This document shows, piece after piece, positions 57,523 to 64,000 of a stretch of DNA of 64,000 nt. Position 1 is the stretch's first letter, and each line of letters starts with the position of its first letter. Source of the stretch: Eledone cirrhosa (lineage: Eukaryota). The position numbers and the translations under genes were made by a program. The stretch lies in the NCBI GenBank assembly GCA_964016885.1, contig OZ024741.1, forward strand, positions 177,940,001-178,004,000. Reading direction: 5' to 3'. The notes under the pieces are model-generated. The model saw nothing but the letters and a program-made list of their open reading frames with translations. It was not told the origin of the DNA and did not search any database.

Positions 57523-60256
57523 TTACAGACACATTCTCAGAGTAGGCCCATTCAATCGGGCCATTCTTGCCTCTCTCACCCATCTTTCAACAAAATGCTG
57601 GGAAGAGAGCACTTTCCTCTCTACCCTGATTTTCCTTTTCAAATGAAATTTGAAAAAGTTAATCAGGGCATCACCGAAGAGATAAGTGCTCGTCTTCAGC
57701 CCTTTCAAACGTGTCCAGCATACTATCTATTTCGCCATGCACACGAGAAAGATAAAAACTGCCTGCCCTTCCTGGCTAAAGGAAGAGGGCGGAGCAATCC
57801 TCACGATGGACTCAGCTGATAGCCAGATCCGTCCTACACGTGACAGCAGGTGTTCGACATAAACCCACAAGTCAGCAATGCTCGGCGACTGGACGAGTGC
57901 GTGCAGGACGGTTTCGTCGCCCTGTGCGCATCTCGGACATGCCCGGCTGACTGCACCTCCATGCCTGTAGAGTTTATCCCGAACTGGCAAAGCTCCCGGG
58001 TAGCACTGCCAGGCCAGGGATTTCTGGAAGTTGTCCATAGGCCCCGGCCAGAAAGTTCTTCCGAAGAGATAGGTTAGTTGATTTTCGTCGACGCCTAGAG
58101 TTTCCCCAAGTACGTCGTCGCTCTTCCCCTCCACTAATCCTCTATAGAACGCCAAGGTGGAGTTTCCACCGATTACATTGCCCGATTGGTCGAGGGCTGT
58201 GAGCGCCTGAAGACATTCCAGTCTCCAAGCGCTCCCTCTCGGTCTTCGCTTGACCCAGGACTTCAGCTCCGTCAAGGAGACGAGCTGGGGAAAGACGTCT
58301 CTAGCAAACGGTGACCACACCTGATCACCGTCGAGGAAGAGCTGGAGATGTCGTAGCCTGACCGCGTGTCTGCGCATCATCAGCCACGGCAATACTAGCC
58401 CTCCACGTAGCGGGTGTTGACAGCAGATGGACCGCCAGACCATCGGAGCGCGTTCCTTCCTTAAAAAGCGAAAGAGCAAACGCTCCAGCGCAGTCAGGCG
58501 GGGCTTGTGACAAGGTACGACGGTCAGACGGTAGTAGATGACGGACGCGATATACGCGTTAGCCACCTCCGCTCGACCTTTCAGGGATAGCTTCCACTCC
58601 GCCCATTTCTGGGTGAGAGAAGCCACCCTGCTCGTCACCTCGTCCCAGTTTTTGTCCGTCTGGAGATCCGGACCGAACCAGACCCCGAGCAATTTAACCG
58701 GTCCGTCCGTCCAGCGCCCGACGACGCTGCTGGACGGCATGGACCTGCCTCTGCAGGTGCCGAGCTGCAGGCCCACTGACTTTTCCTGGTTGACCATTGC
58801 TCCTGTCACCGCTTCGTTTTCTCTTAGTGTAGTGCCGATCGCCTAGATGTGTTTGGCATTTGCCACCACTACGGTGACATCGTGCGAATATGCTGACACG
58901 GATCTTCCGCATCCTAGTTCGCGCGGACACCCTCAACGTCTCCAGTAATGGATCGAGAGTCAATACGTACAATAAAGGACGAGAGGGGACATCCTTGGCG
59001 GACCAAGCGCATGATGTTGAACGGTTCCGAAAGGTGACCGTTCACTCTCACCACAGAGCAGATGACGCTCTGCATGGCAGCGATCCAGCCTCTGAAGACG
59101 GACCCAAAGCCAGCCGCCCTCAGTACTGCCGCTAGGTAACGATGGTAGACCCTATCGAAAGCTTTCGACTGATCTAAATTGATCAAGGACCCACCCGTGC
59201 CGGTTCCCTAGCAAACCTCTCTACGATGTATCGCATGAGGTGGAGGTTGTCGTGGATGGATCTGTCGGGAATGGCGCATGTCTGCGCCTCTCCCACCAGA
59301 CCACCTACGACAAGCGCCAACCTCTTTGCTAGCACCTTGGCCAAAATCTTGAACTCTGTGTTTAGCAGAGTTATGGGCCTAAAATTATCTATGTTATCCC
59401 CCTTGTTCGGATCCTTTCTTAGCAGCGCCACAGCTCCTCGGCTCACAGAGCTGGGAATTCTCCCGTTCTGTTGCCAGTTGCAGTAGACGTCCGCCAAGAG
59501 GCCTCCGAACATGTCTGGCATCTGTACGTAAAGTTCATAGGGAAGACCATCCAAACCAGGCGATTTAGCCCTTGTGCAGCTAGTCATTTCCTCCCGTACT
59601 TCAGCGGCTGTTATCGGCTTTTCGCAACTCTCCGCCTCAGTGGCCGAGAGCCGTGGCAGTCCGTCGAAGTAGACGCTAACGTCCATCCTCGATCCGGCCC
59701 GCCGTTGCCCCCGAACAACTGAGCAAAGTGTCGCTGAAAAGCTTCACACATTTTCCCGGGATCGAGTAGCATGCGCCCGTCGTGGTCCACCAAAGACCGG
59801 ATCGTGGCTTTGTTGCCACGATGCGCCTCCGCCACTCGGGACCATTGAACGGCTTTTGTCCCCTCGTGTCTGAGAGCACGCACCCTAACTCTGACAACGC
59901 AGCCTTCGTGCTTTACATTGAAGAATTGGTCAAGGGCCAATTTCCCCTCAAGTACGTCGGTCGCGATGCCTTTGCTAAGCGCCTCGTCTAATTTTCTAAC
60001 TAATTCTCCCTCTGCTCTATTTTTCTCAGCCTTACTAAACCTAATGGACTCTATTCTAATTGCTCTTTTCAGAGCAAACCACCACTTGTTGTTGACGATG
60101 GGGCCCGTCAACGTCTGCTTAACTAGTTCGCTAATCCGGTCTCTGTAGGCCTTGCGCGCTGGTAATGACGCGTTTAGCTTCCAGTAGCCGGGTCCTCGTC
60201 CATGAAGCCTATCTCAATCAAGTACACAGGTCACGAATTTGTGGTCCGTGTAGCTG
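57523..60256 (-). pseudogene. Tx1 ORF2 (APE C-terminus, RT, CCHC), frameshifted
   Basis: SYTDHK, GPGYWKLN, KSPGLDGLPYE, NFRPITLLNTEFKILAK, LDQSKAFDRV, VRQGCPLS, LLGVWFG, CPRC..ETVLHAL. Confidence 0.92.
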
Positions 60257-60281
60257 GATTAGAAAAGATGTGAAAGACCAC

Positions 60282-62217
60282 TTACCTTACTTCTCGTAGA
60301 GGAAGGATGGTTTGTCCATCCTTTTCACTGCTTGTGGCCTCCTCCGGAAGGATGTCCTTATAAATCCTCCTGGAGAGTGTTTGTCGGAAGTCTCCGATGT
60401 CTTTGGGGAATTTTTGTTTTAGTGTCGTGTACGTTTTCTGTGTGATGCGAATACTTTGTATGTGTGGAGGTAGTGTGAATTTTTGGGTTGTTGTGTAGTC
60501 TTTTTCTGTGATGCTGGTGTTGTGTTGCATGTAGTGTAATAATTGGTTGTTGTTCAAATTTAATGCTGTGTAGTGTGTATCGTTAAGGTTGTTTTGTTTT
60601 GTTTGCGCTTGTTGTGGGTTTGTTTGTTACGCTTTTTGGTGACTTTTGTGGTGTTGGTGATGGTGGTGTTAGGGTTAATGATGGTGATGGTGTTGGTGTT
60701 TGTGGTGATGTGGTTGGTGATGCTGGTGTGGATGGTGACATAACTGTCTTAACTTTCTTGTTCGATAATTTATTGTATTTTGTTTTTTGAGGGGGAAGGA
60801 GGAGAATTTTTTTTGGGGTTTCTTTCTTTTTTTCTTTTTTCTTGATACCGTTTCCCACTCCTCGTCGTCACAATCTGTCTCCAGTTGCGATAAGCCGGGG
60901 AGTGGAAAATCCTCCGCAGGCGTTGGTTTTGGTTGTGGCGTGGTGGATGGTGTAGGCGCTGGTGTTAGTTCTGGGGCGTTGGGTGGTGGTGGTGTTGGTT
61001 TGGCTACTGTTGCTGGGGTTGTTGCTGTTACTGTTGCTTCTGTTATTGCTGCTACAGTTGTTGCTGCTATTTCTGCTGCTGGTGATGTTGATGGTTGCGT
61101 CACTGGGGTGGGTAAGAGAGGTGGCCTCAACCTTTTAGCCTGACTGCAGAAAGCCCTTAGGTGGGTTCCTTCACCACAAACGACACAACTAGATCTTCTG
61201 CCCTCGTCGATTACGGTGAGGTGGCTGCCGTCAGTGAGGTCTATTACCTCTGGGATCTCCTCAATGCTTTTATGGTCCGCTTGGATTAGGAGCTCCATCC
61301 CAGATCCGGACCAGTTCTCCTGCTTTTCATTTGCTATTTCTATTATTTTGGTGTTGGCCTCGATGCCGGCGAGGACGGCAGCCATTAGCCAGGGAATTTC
61401 GATGGCCGGTGGAACCTGGGTCACCCTCATCTTAACAAGTCTCTGGCCACAATAGCTTGGGATGAGTGTGAAGTCGTCACTTCTTAATGGGGCCATGGAG
61501 TATTCTCTGGCCTCCTGTGGTGTTTCAAAGAACACGTCCACGGTTCCATACTTCTGTCCACGTCTGATGTGGGTTTTTTTTGCCCACACATGCCCCAAAG
61601 CTTTTTTGGATTTGGGACTCAGATGCCCGTTCGACTCGGCGCGATTTTATGTTTATTGTCCGATGAGACACGGTGCATAGGCGACGTTGCTCCATTTAAT
61701 TAGGTGGTGTGTGGGGGGCGACCCTGTACCCATCTTTCTTTACCATTCCTTTGGCTTCGTCTAATTCTTCCTGAGTTACCTGGATCGCTTCGCACGTTTT
61801 TGCTAATCTGGCAAAACTCAGGGTAGTTTTCTTAATTTCTATGTTTTGGGTGTTATTATCGTTATTTTTGCTATTGTTAATTTTAGTTTCAGTTGTGGTG
61901 GTGGTGGCGTCAGTGGTGTTCGGTGTGGAAGAGTTCATTTTGGTTGAATTCATTTCGATATCATGAGTTAACTTATTTTTTTCTTTTGTTTCTGTTGTCG
62001 CTGTGGTAGTGGTGGGGGTGGGGGTTGTCGCGGTGGTGGTGGCGGCTTTAACACCTGCAGTCATTGGTAATGGCGGGAAATGAACGTCTGCCTGGGACAA
62101 ATTAAAAATATTGCTACTGCTTACAATTCCCGTGTTGGAAAACGTAGCAATATTTACAATGCTGGTTTCGGTGTGAGGTGTTGGATTGTGAGGAAGGAGT
62201 GAATCTGAATCTTCCAT
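60282..62217 (-). pseudogene. Tx1 ORF1 (gag-like), frameshifted
   Basis: Zinc knuckle CVVCGEGTHLRAFC, Pro/Thr-rich linkers, WETVSRKKK motif. Confidence 0.8.
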
Positions 62218-62432
62218 TATTTTTCAAAGAAAACTTTTTTGTTTGATAATTGTAAAAAGTTTAAATTTTGGGTTCAAGGCTCCAATATTTTTGAGTGTCC
62301 TTTTCAGAAATCAATGTATGTGCACTTATATACAATTAACAATAAAACTTTTCATAAATGGCAATTTTAAATAACTGAAAATAACAAACCTTTGCGGAGC
62401 TCACGATGATACGATTTACTACTTAGGTCGCC

Positions 62433-62487
<55 letters not shown>

Positions 62488-62573
62488 TTGAGGACTAAAA
62501 TCCAAAGAGGGTTCCATATGGATAAATATATATCAAATATATAAGAACCGTCGAACAAATATATGTATATATA

Positions 62574-63234
62574 CAGGGAGACCCAAAAGTCACACATGGG
62601 TCGCAACTGTTTACAATTTTTTTTTATTTTGTAATAACTTTGCTTTCCCTGCAGACATTATATGAACAAGGCCTGGACAATTAATTCTGGAAACATACAG
62701 CACCGAGCAACGTAGCTACCCAAGTTGTGAAATTATTCTACCAAAATCAGGGGTCGATATACCGGTGAGCATATCGGTGACACTATCTAATGAGAGACGC
62801 TCCTAGGGACAGTGCGATTAGGAAATTGGTTAATAGTTTCGAAGAGCAAGGAGCAGTAAGTGATCGCCCATGATATGGGAGGCCTCGCAATGTCAGACCT
62901 GATGTGACAAGGGGACAAGTTTGAGAGAGTGTCGAGGAGAATCCAGGCACATAGACTCGAAGGCGGTCAAAACAACTCGTTGACATTTTCCCATACAAGA
63001 TGCAACTGGTTCAACAACTGAAGCCCCAAGGCTATCAACGTAGGTTCCAATATCCTGTCAGAATCCAGGAATTGGCAAGAAATGGCCGAAATTTTACCCA
63101 AAACTTAATGATGACGTGTGCAAAATAATTTCAATTATGTCCTTTAAGTTATATCAAAATTTCATACATTAAATCTGTACAATTCAGGAATTTAATAAAA
63201 ACTAAAATCCCTGTGTGACCTTTGGGCTACCCTG
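62574..63234 (+). mobile_element. Internally deleted Tc1/mariner-type DNA transposon
   Basis: Imperfect ~26-bp TIRs CAGGGAGACCCAAAAGTCACACA and TGTGTGACCTTTGGGCTACCCTG, TA flanks; transposase N-terminal remnants AIRKLVNSFEEQGAVSDRP, GRPR, FPYKMQLVQQLK. Confidence 0.85.
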
Positions 63235-63275
<41 letters not shown>

Positions 63276-63884
63276 TGTGTGTGTGCATGTGTGTGTGCGC
63301 GCATGTCCGTATTTATATATACATATATAGCAATATCCATAGATGTGAAAAAGGAAAACGGTGCTCAATAGGGAAGAGAACAGAAATATTATATATACCC
63401 GGAACAAAAAACGCTACCTAGAGTTTCAGGGCGGAATATTAAACATATCTCCAGAATGTAAGAGGGGTGGAAATTGTGAACCATCTTCAGTCACATAAAT
63501 GAGTTTCTAAGATACTTGTAACGCTTGAATATCTGAAGTAACGCCATACAAATGTTTCTTAAAACATTGTATTATCTATTTATGTAGATAATTGTGATAA
63601 AGGCCTTCGATTTCTGATGGATTGCTTCTTGGTAGCGTGTTATATGTTAAGGCTGACAACACCTTTAAAAGACAAGGTTAATTTACTAGCATGCACCCTG
63701 AAAACCGGATATTCCATCATCTATATCTATCAAAGCTAGAATATTGCAGATTGTAGATGAGTTCGTCTAAATGGGTAGCACTCCCTCCAGAACACTTGGT
63801 GAATAGGTCAGGGACTGTCTGTCTAAAGTTTCTGATGCTTTTGTTCAGCGGAAGAAGAGCCTGTGCTCACTAACAGATATAATA

Positions 63885-64000
63885 GTTGTTTCTACTTTTG
63901 GCACAAGGCCAGCAATTATCCAGTACATTACTGGTACTTTATTTTATCGACCCCGTAAGGATGAAAGGTAAAGTTGACCTCGGCGGGATTTGAACTCATA
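63885..64000 (-). mobile_element. SINE, cut by the window edge
   Basis: Same family core. Confidence 0.9.

Larger units (their letters stand above)
57297..62432 (-). mobile_element. Tx1/L1-clade non-LTR retrotransposon with most of the APE deleted
   Basis: ORF1 and ORF2 remnants, AATAAA near the 3' end, (AAT)n on both flanks (57279-57296 and 62433-62484). Confidence 0.9.

Overview
AT-rich, microsatellite-dense animal DNA; the SINE family and repeat landscape suggest an octopus or other cephalopod (inference). I found no convincing host protein-coding gene, and most ORF-track entries are microsatellite artefacts. The window is mostly retroelements: three R4/Dong-like RLE non-LTR copies (one nearly intact), four Penelope-like elements (PLEs) with coding remnants, RTE fragments, a Tx1/L1 element, many tRNA-derived SINEs and a deleted Tc1/mariner. 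The main signal is a set of PLE-derived fold-back insertions in (TA)n tracts with the layout (TA)n - inverted partial pLTR - variable cargo - pLTR with a hammerhead ribozyme motif and tail - (TA)n. Several hammerheads have a compensatory U3-A8 core. One fold-back carries a 276-bp 28S rRNA fragment where the ORF would sit, suggesting PLE-mediated capture of host RNA. All calls are by eye, with no database searches; boundaries are approximate.
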